From positions 1 to 61,135 of the forward strand of contig JYFJ02002242.1 of NCBI GenBank assembly GCA_000934665.2: DNA of 61,135 nt, read 5' to 3'. Made by a program: the position numbers and the translations under genes. Positions 38,617 through 52,315 of the stretch are shown piece after piece. The notes under the pieces were generated by a model that was not told the origin of the DNA, did not search any database, and was given only the letters and a program-made list of their open reading frames with translations. Position 1 is the stretch's first letter; each line of letters starts with the position of its first letter. This DNA is from Catajapyx aquilonaris. Lineage: Eukaryota.

Positions 38617-41600
38617 ATGGTGGCGGCCTGGGCTGCCCTCCTATTGGCTGCCGCCGTAAATGCTCATATTCTTCGGCATCCAGCTGGAGATTTTTATACA
38701 ACATCAGGTAATTAAATTATTGTTCATAACAATTTTTAGAAGCACTAAGCTAAACTATGTAATGTATTTTTACAAATTATTTGCGGTTTTATTATTATGT
38801 GGGCTACTCGATCCCTGCACAATAATATCATCTATTTTAGCGTGTTAAAGTTATTAACTTCGATCAGCTTAAACATCGAGTAATTCATAAAGAAAATCAC
38901 TATTCGTATGATCTGTCCAATCTTCTCTGATTGCATTCGTATCATAGAGTAATTATCTCTCTTTCAATCGGCTTTGCATTAATAATTTTAGGTCCTGATT
39001 TACATGTAGCTTTATATTAATCAGCTCTATTATTGATGTTTGGTGTTACTGAGTTTGTGAACGAATTTAATCCTATCAAGCCACAAAATCAAAATACCTT
39101 TTCACGCTGATAAGAATGTTTAAACTTATTTCCCGGCCATGCAGAGCCGGCCTTGGGAAAATTATTTTTTCATTTCTTATCTGTGCTCCTTTATTCACAC
39201 CGACAACTTGCCGGCTAATTGCGCTATTCGGGAGTTTGAGCAGGTTTTTCTGATATGATCTCCTTTCATCAATAATGCGTGACGTGATGGCACACATTAT
39301 CTAATAATTTAGGGACTGCAACCCGGCTGGACATAGATATTTGAATGTGATGTTCATTTGATGATGCGCATGATTAATTGCAGTCTTCGTCCAATATAGA
39401 TTAGTTGATAAATTGCTTCTTCTTAATATACGAAATATCAACATCATTAATATTTTATTTCCACTTCAAGAGAGAATCAATCCATTTAATACAGGCCATA
39501 TAACTTGATTTTCCGTTAGTACTTTTATTGCAACTTGCAAGTACATACAGGGCAGGGTAATAATCATATATAGTGTACATTTTCCAGCACAAAGTCCAGT
39601 TATTTTCTGTAGAGATACAAAATAAATATGCTCCGTTTGACACATTTCAACTCCGGCTAATGAGTTCACTACACCTCACCTTGCAAATTAATGAACACCG
39701 TTATTAATCGCCGTTATTAATTAAGCTGAAAAAATAATTACGTGCCTTATCAACCTGAACCATACCATCGGTCTGATACAGTTTTTTATATTAAAAACCT
39801 GGATTTGTTCGCTGTCTGAGGAATTGCAATGCAATTCTTTAAAAAAAAAATGCAAGTCTGATATTATCTGTAGGTGATGAGGCGGTTCCTTGGTTGGGAA
39901 GACATTTAAAACCGAAGAGAATCCCACGGTTGCAGTCTGAATTGCAAAGATGACAGCGTGGCAGTCAAGGCCGGCCTCTGACTCGCTCGGCTGCCTTTAA
40001 TTGCAAAAAAAGGCGGAAGTCTCACCCAACCACCCCTCGTCTTCCTCTGGGGGGCCTTTTTTTCTTCCCACCTCACACCTGTCTCTTGGACTCACAACAA
40101 TAATAATGCGTAATAATAAACAAGCGTCAGCTGGAAAGCGAAAGGAATTCCGTCTCTCGCAAAAGGGGAAGCCCTCTATCCAAACATGCCTACTGAGCAA
40201 TCACTCTTGACAAAAATGGCAGGAAGTGGACTTTCCTTTTCGTGTAGGCCGAAGTTGCTAATCCATGACAACATTGCGATAATTGGCAGGAGCTAAAATA
40301 TTGCCAGGTTTGTTGTGAGTGTGTTGAAGTCCATATAAATATGAATATTTTTTTATATAATTTCCCCGAACTGCCGGCTGCATTTGTGAAAAATTAGAGC
40401 ACTCGGCTGTATCTCCCTGACTCCAGGTGTGTTTGCTTGATGTACACGCGCACAACTTTTCATATATCCGCAATGGAGCAAAGCACATATCTGCGAAGCA
40501 AAACGGCATTATGCACCATGGATTTTTAAGCTCAGGTGCTCCTTACGGCATTGGGATATTACGACATGTTAGTGTCACTTGGCCTAAAAATCCATGCTCC
40601 ATTCTCCACACATATTCCACATATTATCCGGTTTTTAGTGGAGGTCACACGTCCAATTTGAATTATCCAAAAATTCCTCAATGATTTTTTAGAAAATTTA
40701 AGAAGTTGCTATATCCGTGCACATTTCATTATAAATCATGCCTTATCGTCAGGTCCGGAGTGCACGTCCGTGTGGTGCGGAGGCATGTCGGACACGACGT
40801 CGGCGTGTCGCTGCCAGTGCCCTCCGGACGCCCCAATATTCCTCGACGACTCTGGCACCTGCACGGACTCAGTCGACCAGGACTGCTCCATGGCCCATTT
40901 CGTCACCTCATCCGAGCACATCATCCTGGTCCCAGTTGTCCTTCTTCCGCTCAAGGGACAGCTCATCCATCCATCCGCCCACCTACGACTGCCAGGTATG
41001 TTATAACAAACCGTACGGTACATTCAGCCTCCCCGTCATTCCTCATCATGCACAGCAGATGACTCCGCCAGATTCATAAATGAACATAGTCAGAAGGTGT
41101 CGATGACCCCCTCTTTGCAGGATCGTCTGCAACATCTGACTCTGTTTGCGTGTCCGTTGCTGCCAGCGTGCTTGCAGAAGACGGCTGGGTCGTCCTTGGC
41201 AATGTCACCGACGCAGCATCACTCTTCCGGTTGCAGGCAGTGGGGTCTACCACCCATCTCAAGGTGAGGGCTCTTCACCACCATTTTTCCATCAATAATC
41301 AAGCTATACTGCGGCGACAATATAAAAAAAATCGCTACATTTGCTCTCTTCTTGAGTAGTCAAACGTGTCCGATGACCCTTTGTTGGCGTGAAGGTGATG
41401 ACCCTCCGATGATCATTTACGCTTCCGAACACCTATGACGTTCGGTTGAATGTATTATTCAAGTCCATGCTGTTTGGTCGTGCAGTGCTGACTTTATGAC
41501 GTCAACAAATTGACACTATTTTTTGTCATAATTTGCTGCTGATTCGTCACGGCACATGCACTGCTGTATCATGTCACAAAAACCTGCTTTTTCGAGATGG

Positions 41601-44488
41601 ATGTGTGAAGGTTGTGTGCATTTTTTGGAAGGTGGTAAATATGTGTTCCTCTTCTTTTTTTCCAACGGTGCAGTGGATGGGACCATGGAAGGCTCGCCAG
41701 CTGCTGGAAGGCCGTTTGGTCCTGGTGCAACTCTTCTGCAAGGAGCCGGACCTAGGAGTGTCCAGCCCTTGCTTGGCCTTCAGGGTGGCAGCAGCCTCCG
41801 TCGGAATGTCTTTTGCCCCCAGCAGTGGTTCCGGAAGTGAAGGAGGAATCAGTCAGACCAGCAGCGATGGGGACATCCTGATGGGTCCACCACCACCGTC
41901 GGCGGACGCGGGACTGATGAGGGAGGCGACAGGCAACATGGTGACAACCTCGTCCACGTGGGGTGCAGCAGATGTGGTTGTCGTGTCACTCTGTGCCGCG
42001 CTCTTCCTTCTGGTGTACTTGCTGGCTCTTCTGCTGGTGTTGAGGATCAAACGTCGGAGACGCGAGGCATGCAAAGGACACGCTGCTCTTGAAGAAGGAC
42101 GTCGACGCATACCACGGTCGCCTACATCCGACGACGACGACTCTATCTACGAACAAATCAAACATTCTGGCTCTCAGGTTGATTGCACACTTCTATACTA
42201 AACGCAAGTGACGGTCTTGAAATACGATGCTCTTACAGGTTCCTGAAGTTCCCAAGAGAAGACTGAGGCACCAGCAAAGATGGTCGGATGTCAAGAACGA
42301 GCGTCACGATTTGTTGTCGACGTACAGTACAGGTCATGTCGTGGAAAGAGCTCCGGAGCGGAACCTTCCCATAGTTGAGCTTGGATGCGACGGAAGTGAC
42401 ATTGACAATGATGCACGCAACTTGTACTTCAGTTTGGCGTACTTAGAACCTGAACTTCTTCAGGTATGGTGTGATGGTCTGTTTCTTTATAACGGACTGG
42501 AATGGGGCAGGAGTCACCTTTTTTTTGTCTTATATAGAGCCCTCCTCCATCGGCCATTGAATTTTTATCTCGAGTCCGAGAGGTGATGTCAGCAACCAGA
42601 GGGAAGGTTCAAGGACGTCGCTTCCAGCCCTCCTTACAGCCTATTGCAGAGGATGAATCCTCAGTGGACCAGTACGGAGCAAATCTTCTCAGGCACAGCA
42701 AAGTTTCCTCAACTAAAATATCAACAGTTAAGAACATGCCAAGCAGGTAAGCAGTGTGCACTCATGTGTAAGACATTCCTTCATGTCATGTGTTTCTCTT
42801 TCATCTATGCGGGTATATGATAATGTGTCAGAATAGCCAAAATTCCCATTTACATTGCTACCGTACCTTCAGCAATATAAATGGCATGTTCGGCAGTGAA
42901 TGTATTGCCCAAAACAAAAACCAAATCCGTGCATCATTTTTATGGTGATCAGCAGCGTGGAAATGACAGGAAAGACGCTTGCATAAAAAATGAGGCGGAG
43001 GAAGAAGCGTGGAAATGACACGGGAAATGCACCTCGCCTCCACCCTTCCTGTGTACATGTCCTTATGCCAAATAACATTTAAAGGCAATTGAACCTCTGT
43101 CATATCCTACAGGCCGACATCGTCAGCAATGAGCGACTCGGACAATGTGGCTTCAGAGGTGGACAGCCTCGAGTATTTCAGTACTGGAAAAGCCGATAGC
43201 AGCATGAGCGACGTGGTACGTCTGTCGGTACCACCGTTGTCTCCAGGACCGTCTCCAGCACCTCAGCAGCTCCCTAGTTTTGTAAGCGAGGTGTATGTCA
43301 ACGACACTTTCAGGGCTGATTCTGGGGCTTCTCATGTCAGCGTCACGCCGCCTGACGTCAGCAGCGACTCACTTGAACCTATTTCACAGCCAACCAGCAG
43401 GTTAGCCTCACAGTTTACATTGGATTGGGAAGAGTGACCATATGAATTGAAACTTTCCAGACTGACCATCTCTGTGGGTCTGAATGACTTTGAGCCGGAC
43501 ACACTGGAGCGAGATCAGTCGTCTTCCGGTCGCAGTCCAGCGGCCTTCGAAGACTCACTGGAGAGAGGATCCGGTTGTTTCAGCCTCCAGGCCGATCCTT
43601 GGCAGCTTCTCCTACAGGCTGATACCCAAAACAAGTCCATGACTCCGGAAGATTTGGCTGCCCATTACGCCATCAGCACATGCAGCCTCATGATGGATAC
43701 CCAGCCACCGAAGATTCCCATCAAGGGCTCTGCCAGTGAGACACCTTCACAGCTTGCGTTATTGTTATACTCCAGATTATACATTTGACTTGTTTGTTCC
43801 AGGGAGTACGCCTCCTCCGCTTCCGCCAAGGCCGCGTCGTCGAAGCCCTCCACCTGTACCGCCTCCGACGATACCAACACCACCACCGCCAAAACCAGAA
43901 GAGCCGGACGACGATGACGGGTTGTCGACCATCTCTGGTGACAGCCTCGGTTCTTGCACTCTTCCCGAAATGGGCGATACCGACTGCAGCGACAGTGAGG
44001 CCACCATCCATGGTACTCCACCACCACCACCACCACCTCCTCCTCCTCCTCCGCCGCCACCTCCTCTTCCTCCGACCAAGTCCAGCAGTGTTGTACTCAA
44101 AGGATGTGCGTCAGGTACACCGTCGTTTCCTCCTCCACCGCTCATACCTCCTCCTCCTCCACCCCCGCTTCCACCTCCGCCAGAACCGACATTATTGTCT
44201 CAAGGCATGCAGATAGCACTTCGGTTGAGACGTCAGCAGGAAGAGAAGAGCCAGAATAATCTGCCAGCAAGTGAAAGCACTAAAGAGACACGGGATTCTT
44301 TCCGGCGGAAGTGGAAGAAGTTGGTTCGTCGAGATGATACCAGTAACGTGTCCCGACGGCAAAGAGTGCCTCCCATGGCCACGTTTGCCACCGATGCACC
44401 TGGAGGAGGTGGCGGTATCGTAGTGCAGGATGTGGGATGCAACCGAAGCGATGTTACACAGCAGCTCAGAAATGTTGTCGTGGCCTAG
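38617..44488 (+). CDS. sha: Shavenoid (kojak)-like single-pass membrane/actin-organising protein; exons 38617-38707, 40753-40995, 41121-41263, 41674-42177, 42239-42463, 42538-42746, 43113-43400, 43461-43735, 43803-44488
   Basis: Signal peptide, ILRHPAGDFY, CRCQCPPDAPIFLDD, VLLPLKGQLIHPS, LEGRLVLVQLFC...CLAFRV, a TM helix, YLEPELLQSPPPSAIEFLSRVREVM...FQPSLQPIAE, FEPDTLER and a poly-Pro tail, all recalled as shavenoid motifs. Junctions are in phase. Possible 5'UTR exon ending ~32625. Confidence 0.85.
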
Positions 44489-45875
44489 CACTGTGCCCTT
44501 TATGACTGTGCACAGGACACATTATGCGATGTACTAACATGTCAACTAAAAAAGTGCCTGAAAAATGTATGCTGGAGCTGTGCGACCATCAGCATCCTAT
44601 TTTCACAAGTGCCTATAAGAGCATCATAATTCTTTATCATTAGCAAGGAAATTGCATTACCGGTAAGAAAACTACGCTGTTGCTATTAACTTGTAATTTA
44701 TAAACATCCGAGTGTACACACGATGCTGAACGGTCATACAGCAGTAACAGGATAATCTCTTCGGAACTTTTTTTTTGTAATGAAGTACGTGTAACTCGTG
44801 ATATTGGAGAAATAACAGGTGTGAATCATGAACATTGATATGGTGTGAAAATGGTGAGTGTAAACTAATGCAAATGGTGGCAAATGATGTAGGCTAATAA
44901 TAGTGCGACGTGATCTGTGTTGTTAGGCAACTTTCAGAGAGGTCAGTATGAATATTGTAGTTATAGCTTTATGGCAAAAATGTGGCTGTAAGGCCATTTT
45001 CATCTGTTGGAAGACCTAAACCGAATAAATGAAAAGTGCTGTTTTATATTGCTGAAATTTTTATGAGATCCAGTCTGACAATGTTGCGACACATTGTTAT
45101 GGGGTATGTCATCTTCCAAGTTGTTCGTTTTCATTATATACTCATGGTTGTGTGTTTAGGTTTTGTGTTTAGTTATCACCCTCTAGCACTTGCGCAATCT
45201 CTTTATGTCAGTAGAGCGATGTCACTATTCTTATACTGCGGTCCTATTGTCCTAAGCCTTTCATTTCTTCCTCTGTATCTTTTCATTATTACTGGTAAAG
45301 TGGTAAGTCTCATTGTAATATACAACTAGGTCTTCTCGGAGGTTCCGGTTTCTTCTCACTCGCAGATCAAATATTTTTCAAGAAGACTGAGGTAAAGATA
45401 TGTTATTACTTTGTTAGATTTAATATACTGGATGTGCATGAATGTCAACTTTTATTACTGTCCCAAGATAACGAGAATGTTAAATTCCTCCTAAAGAATT
45501 TTACGAGTACTGATCTTCCTTAAAAGGTAGCTTTTTTTGTAAGCAACCGTCATATGATTACGAGACGCTTTTTAAATATCGATACAGATGCGTGGTCACT
45601 TCAACAGACGTGCTCTGCCAATGGTCATCATTTTCCTCGAAATAAATTTTAATTGGAGCTTCGTTATTGATATGTCGAAGCATCATCCATGCCCGGAAGG
45701 TTAGTTTTCCTGTTATTTTATGGCCTACGTTTTATGAGCGGCAACATTAGCATTATATTACTTACTTTTATGTTTTTCATTTAATGCTGACTCATTATTC
45801 CGTGCAGGTACGCATTCCTATAACCTACCGTGTGCCTCAGCCCCTGTCGAATGCGTTGATAAAGACAATCCAAAC

Positions 45876-46883
45876 ATGTGCTGGTTCTGTCGCTGTGATA
45901 ATACCCGCTTTTGGGGCTACTCTCTCGTGTGCAACCTGAGAAATTGCTTCTTTCCACCAACCAAAACCAGGGGTGAGTATTCCGTTTTACAATACCTATA
46001 TAGCGTCACAAGGAAAAACTCGTGTCCTTGGTGGGACAAAATGATGCACCAAATTATATATGGCGAATATGTCTAAAATTAGAGAGAGGCTTGCACTTTC
46101 ATATGTATATCTCAATTTCAGTTTCTCGAGTGAAACCTCTGAATAAAAGTTCTCAATTACTTTCTGATTCTCCCTCGTACATTCTGATGTTTCATCATTA
46201 TTCTCTCCAACCTCTTATTCTCAATCGATGTGTCAACTACTGTATAAGCCTTCACTGCCCTCGGTCCCTCGGTATCCAAACTACTTTACATTCAGATCAG
46301 TGTTGCTTACTTGCATACTATAAAACTCCCATGTAGTTTAGTATCTAATTGTAAAAAAAATCATATTTAATCAAGGATTCCAATAAGTCAAAACACCTCT
46401 TCTGTTAGATTTCTATGTCTTTCTTTTTTATAATTTCCTGTGATATGTTAGTTGCTGTTGCTACATCATTTTTATACTGTATTTTTTTACGATATTTAAG
46501 ATGATACGATAGAGCGAACTTCTGAGCAGAAGGATGACACAATATTTGATATAATGTCACCTGAAGAGGGAAACGAGGATTGGAGTACTTATCTGGGCCC
46601 TCCTGACGTGGAGGGCGAGGAAAGCAGTAATAAAGGCCCTCCTGTAGATAACGGCTGCGATGAAAATGTCAGTGCGAGTGTCAGTGACATCAATCCTGGT
46701 AGCGACTGCAACACAAGCGACGTCAACCCCGTGGACATCAAACCCGTAGGAGTCAACCCTGTAACCATCGAACCCGATGACAGCAGTATTCCCAGCACCA
46801 CTTGCAACATATTCAGTGTTGAGATCATGGATGAGATCGATATCAGAGAAAGTAATCCCAGAGACATAGACAATATGATTTAG
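45876..46883 (+). CDS. Putative orphan protein (~155 aa), Cys-rich N-terminus and acidic tail; exons 45876-45972, 46513-46883
   Basis: AAACATG start and G|GTGAGT donor (phase 1) join in frame at TAG|AG to the open acidic ORF ending 46883. No recognisable family; weak polypyrimidine tract. Confidence 0.4.
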
Positions 46884-47951
46884 ATATCAGATTTTCGCCC
46901 TGTCTGCCCATCATCTCACATGTCAGTGCAATCTCTGCAGAAAATACATACAATACAACCTGTTGAACCAGCTAGTTAATATAGTGTTGAAACCATGCGG
47001 AAGGTGAACCAAGCAATCCCATTTTCTAACTAACATTCGTCGTTTCGTCAGGATGACAGCACATTAACTTATTGGAAATCAAAACGTGTGGTCAGGAAAA
47101 GATGGAAAAGACTCATGTATATATCACTCTACGAGTATAAGTAACGATTAATTGGATGAGGCTGAAACCGAAGAAGAGACACGGAAAAACAGCACACATC
47201 CGGGATATGTGCTGTTCTTCCAGCACACATAAAACTTTGTCCCGTTCTACTGCCTTACTCATGCAAGTGACATGTGTTTCTTGTCCATCACCCTATACAC
47301 ATGGACAAGGACTACCACAACACCCCATGATAATCTCATTTTCGCAAAAAAAATTGACTTGTCCTGTTTTCCTTTCCCTCGATTCTACTTATCTTGCAGT
47401 AAGTGACTCATATCATCATGGGAGCAATAATATCACAGGCTTTTTAAACTCAGCATATATAAATACTGAAGAATTTAATCAGAAAAGCATGCATGTACCG
47501 TAGCAATGAATACTTAGTGTATTTTTATCTAATATTGGCGAGTTGTAAATCCCTCTTTCGGACTTGAGGAGGTGTTGGAAGTGTTGCAAATTGTATGCAA
47601 TATTCCGTGGTTTACGTCAACAAGGACACGTGCCATCGTCGAAGCTGTCAAACACACCACACATATCAGCCTTGACTTTCAATGGTGAAATTCTTGGACC
47701 GACAAGTGTTTCTCAAGCCGTGACATGGCCAACGCCATGGTCACGCCTGTCACGGATATTCTTTCTCGAGATATTTGATAGTTCCCCGTAGCACTGCAGC
47801 CTGTCAGACTTTTTTAACCATTGTTGTGCAGCGTCATTATCCCGGTACCCTCTAAATTGAGAGCAGACGCAGGAGACTAATAAAAAATGCACTAAAGCAT
47901 ATGTGCAGGTTCCTTAACGGTGCCTGTATATAGTAAAGGTCATAAAAAGAG

Positions 47952-47957
47952 TATAAA
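47952..47957 (+). promoter_or_regulatory. TATA box of the secreted-peptide gene
   Basis: TATAAA about 30 nt upstream of Inr-like ATCAC/ATCAG and a non-coding exon ending AAG|GTAAGT at 48036. Confidence 0.6.
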
Positions 47958-48126
47958 TGTCCGGGTCATGTAGTACTCCACATCACATCAGCCATAAGCT
48001 CGTAGCACAGCTGACCTATCCTATCCATTGCTTAAGGTAAGTGGTGAATTTAATTTTACATAATAGGTAATTTGTCCTTTAAAATGATCTTGTGTCTGAT
48101 CCTTATTTTAGTACCGAACATCAGAA

Positions 48127-49021
48127 ATGAAGGGTGTCTTGATATTAATCTGTATTTTTTTGGCCACTGATTTGGCCTATGGATTTGGTGCTGGCTTCAC
48201 ACATCCATGCGATGGAAGTAAGTTACTTGCAACTAATATCGGTTTGTGATTAAATTTTACCTCTTTTTATCGTGCATTTAAGTACAGTACAGCAATACTC
48301 CACCTAGCCATGGAGATATGTATGAATTATAAATGAGCGAATAGAGCGATATTTGACTGTACATGTAGTATAGAAAACAACTGCTTTGCATGTTTATTGA
48401 CACCAGAGTTTGATCATACTAAAGGAGTGACGACAAATAAGAAACATTATTAACCGCTTTAACACTTTTGAATATATCGAGAAGATAGTGACATTTGATA
48501 AATATTATTTTTCAGATGAATCTTGCACTCTTAAAATGTCTTAATATGCAATTATTTTGTGTTGCTGTCTTATTAAGATCTACACGATGTATCACATTGA
48601 TCATTTGCAACTCTTGTGTTACAGATATGTACTACCCTTATAATTGTTACTCTGCCCCTCAAAATTGTGTGGACCGATATGACTCATCCACATGCTGGAG
48701 GTGTCGCTGTGAAAGAGCGTTTTTCTTTAGCGTTGCTCTGAGATGCCAAGAAAGAGTATGCGATACAAGTAAGCTTATCTTTCTAATTAACTACGGTAAC
48801 TTCGCCCATAGTGTAGTTAGACTCATTTTGTGTCCAGTTACAAACTATTTTATCTTTTGAGTTAATTCCTGCAAGCTGTTATTACAATTAAATTTCATTC
48901 CTCATAATTTAAATACAGTTGTATATTGTTCTAGGATCTGCATTTTTAGTTATTAACGTACTGTATTGTTTTCTTTTTAGCAACATCGACTACTACTACC
49001 ACTACTGCGGCGAGTCAGTAA
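48127..49021 (+). CDS. Small secreted cysteine-rich peptide (91 aa); coding exons 48127-48217, 48625-48768, 48981-49021
   Basis: Spliced product MKGVLILICIFLATDLAYGFGAGFTHPCDGNMYYPYNCYSAPQNCVDRYDSSTCWRCRCERAFFFSVALRCQERVCDTTTSTTTTTTAASQ*. Signal-peptide-like N-terminus, phase-1 introns with GTAAG donors, TATA box upstream, AATAAA at 49021 and ~49146. Confidence 0.8.
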
Positions 49022-49986
49022 ATAAAAATCAATTACCGTCTCATATTATATAACCTAATGCTATTGTGTCATATTCATTGTGTCATAATAGGATTCATTA
49101 TCATTCATTTGCGAGTCGTCTGCCATTTCGACATTCATGTAGGCCAATAAAAACTAAATATTAGACTCTACAAGCCTTCAATGTATTATTTTCTTATCCG
49201 ACATCTAGGCAACATACATAATTTTTCGGCATTGTATAAGTTCGGTATTGTATAAGTGCAATACATCATCATTCAATGGGAGTGCAACAATAGGAAATAA
49301 AATGTCCTCTCATAGATTAAGCATCCAAACGGGGATTGTAGTAAATGCTTAAATAAATTTAAATATCCACACTTACTGTATACGTGGTAATGAGCAATCC
49401 CTATGATGATATGTAATGAGTAGGCCTACAGTTTCAAGAAATTAGGGCGAATAATTACCATTGACCAACGCGTGAGTTTCTGAAATACAGCCTGTTGTCA
49501 TTGAGCTTTCTGCGCCATTGATGTGTTACTCATGAACGAATTGTGTATGAGGAAAGTTCGCTCACGAATATAACCTGGAGCAGGCGTAAAGAAACTTCCA
49601 ATTCTAAGAAAACATCGATTTTAATGTGCCGATCCAATAATAATATCCGCTGGTGCTGACCAGTGCGTCACTGAAATAAAATGTACTAAAAACACACATT
49701 GTTAAAAATGGTATTTATTGTGGGCATACTTGAATTAAGTGGGAAACAATCAGTTCATCGGTGACATCGTAAGTTAGGCTATCTATAGCCTAATAATACA
49801 TTGCAGAAAAATACGGACCTCGCAATTGCAGCACAGCTCTTATATACCAAAAGATCAGCTGGAGGTTTCAATTACTGATAAATTCCTGTCATACCGTAAA
49901 AATAGGAGCAGTCCGGATGCAGCATGTCAGCGTGTACTTTTTGCGAAAGCTTGATTTTCACTCTTAAAGAGATCTATTCTGTTCCG

Positions 49987-52315
49987 CTATGCTGTAATTG
50001 ATTTGCGGAAGAAAGCCATGTTTAGAGCCACAGCCGGGTCCAAACGTTTCGTCTGAAATGAATCCACGCCAAAAATACATTTTCAATAACATTGCCATGC
50101 TAGTGATTTAAAGCAACACAGGCTATACATTACATCGCATACCATTTCCCGCAAAACTAGGCCAATGAAGTGTCCGAATAAAGTTAGTAACTCACCGGGT
50201 TCATGTTGAGAGCACCTGTCAGAAAGTCCACATATCCCATGTCAACTTTCCTGAAGAGTCGTTTTGCCATCGAGAAATTGATCTCTTTGTCCGCCCGGGA
50301 GCTTCGCTGGACATCACTGACCTGTCAAAAATCCGCAGTAGTATATTCAGCATATGAAGGCAGCGGACGGGCAATTTTGGTCAATTGGGAAAGGGTGTAA
50401 CGCTACTCACTTTGAGCTTGCCTTTGTCTGTGAAGTACAGACCAGCTCTCTTTCCCTCTCGAAGAATATTGGCTGGAGGATGACCCAGAGAACTGACCAT
50501 ATCCTGCAACTGACCCTGGTTGTCCTCTGACGGAAAGAGCTGGTTGTTGATTCCCAGTAGCAGATTCGCCGAGAGACATCCTAAAGCCCACATATCAATC
50601 GCCTCTGTCACTGGAGCACCTGTGAGGATGATATAGAGCACAGCCTGTGACTTATGTCCTCTTTCAGAATACACCATTATAATCACTGCTTCACTCATTA
50701 CATGTTGCGAAATACACTTATGTTACGACTGACCTATAATGATTTCGGGAGCTCTGTATGAGCGTGGTTGCAGATTCTTCCCAGTGTATTCGCCAGCTTC
50801 GTCCTTCAGGAAGGATTTGCCAAAGTCGCACAATTTGACACGCCACTTCATGGTATTAGGATCGACCAGGACGTTATCCATTCTCAAGTCGGAGTGAATT
50901 ACACCTTTTTCCTAATCAACGAGACAATCATTACACTTGCCATTTATCTGTCGTGACAATCTCATTTTAATTCCCATGCATATTGGTAGTCTAAAAGGCA
51001 TACCTTCATCCAGGAGAGGGCAACGAGAAGCTCTTTGATGACAAGGCAGGTGAAGTCCATACAGAGGCTTTCGTCAGTAAAGTCGCGGACGATGGTTAGG
51101 AGGTCAGTCGGCATGAGGTCAAGGGCCAAGCAGAGCCTGCCTTGATACACGAACTCCTCGTGGATGTTGGCGATGTTCTTGTCTTCGTGGCCCAATCCCT
51201 GACCCAGACGAGTCAGCACGTTGATTTCCGTGATGTTGGGATACTTCTGTACCTTGACAGCCACATCATCCCGAAACAGTTTCTTCAGGCGACTGCACTT
51301 GTACACCACGGAGAACTGTCCCTTCCCGATTAGGCTTTTCACCAAGTAGTGCTCTTCATTCGTTATCATCAGGGACGTCTCCAATCCCTGCAATATTGGA
51401 ATTAAGCGCATGTCATATTAATATACAGAAAGTACTAGTAATTGGATTCGTGGGAAATGTTTCAAATGGACCATTCGGAAATTCATTTCTATTCATAGCG
51501 TGGATAGATGGTTAATTCGGCCTAATACTACCAGCTAATACTTTCTATTGCCACTAAAATTGGCATTTCAATTGGATCAGCTCGTATACAAGCATTATGT
51601 AATGATGAAATGGCAATGGCAGAATTGTAACTTGGCACGCTCATTACAATGGCAACAATGACTTTGACAAACAGTAAAACTTATAGTCACAGAGGCTACA
51701 CATACAAAAATGACTTCATCAAGTGCCATTGATTATAATTGAATTTGTGAGGTTTCATTCGATCCGTTGGTCAACTGCTACTTTAATTGCATTTTGTTAG
51801 AATCCGCCAATATTTGAAATTCATTATTGCTTATTGTAATTAACAGGTGAGTGCTTTTAGCATATATGTTTGTCAGACAACTATGAAAATGCTCATCTCA
51901 TGCCTGTATCACATGATGACTTGGGTTACTGAGAGGTGACAGCAAGTAAATTTTATCCTATAATATTGTCTTTTCGAATATATCCTATAATATTGTCTTT
52001 TCGAATACATTCGACAACATTCCAAACTCTGCAACAGCTAGAACATGATGCATTGTGAATCATCAGCCAGCGATTGAGGATTAGTGAAATCATCTCGCAT
52101 TGCACATGCCTTGCTACACGCTGGAAGTCAGAGACGCATCGTTGGCAGAAAATGCATTAATTTTCTGACCCATTTCGCTTCTTAACACCCTCATTGTTTT
52201 CGATAGTTTCATTTAGTTAAGTCTAGCAATCAATTTGGTGCCACCCTAATTGGACTAGAAATAAAAATCCGCAGAAATACCATACCGTAAACCAGCAGCT
52301 ATGTCCTCGATCCAT
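49987..52315 (-). CDS. Divergent short HIPK/DYRK-like CMGC protein kinase (~330 aa); exons 52315-52286, 51387-51004, 50911-50734, 50619-50411, 50321-50196, 50052-49987
   Basis: GKGQFS, VAVK, EINVL, IHSDLRMDN, VKLCDFG, LQPRSYRAPEIIIG, EAIDMWALGC, LGHPPANILREG. The EAIDMW and LQxRxYRAPEII motifs are HIPK-like. All junctions are in phase. Confidence 0.88.

Noticed and set aside
43665..44491. Gly-rich and other antisense ORFs
   Set aside because: These are shadows of the proline-rich last exon of shavenoid.
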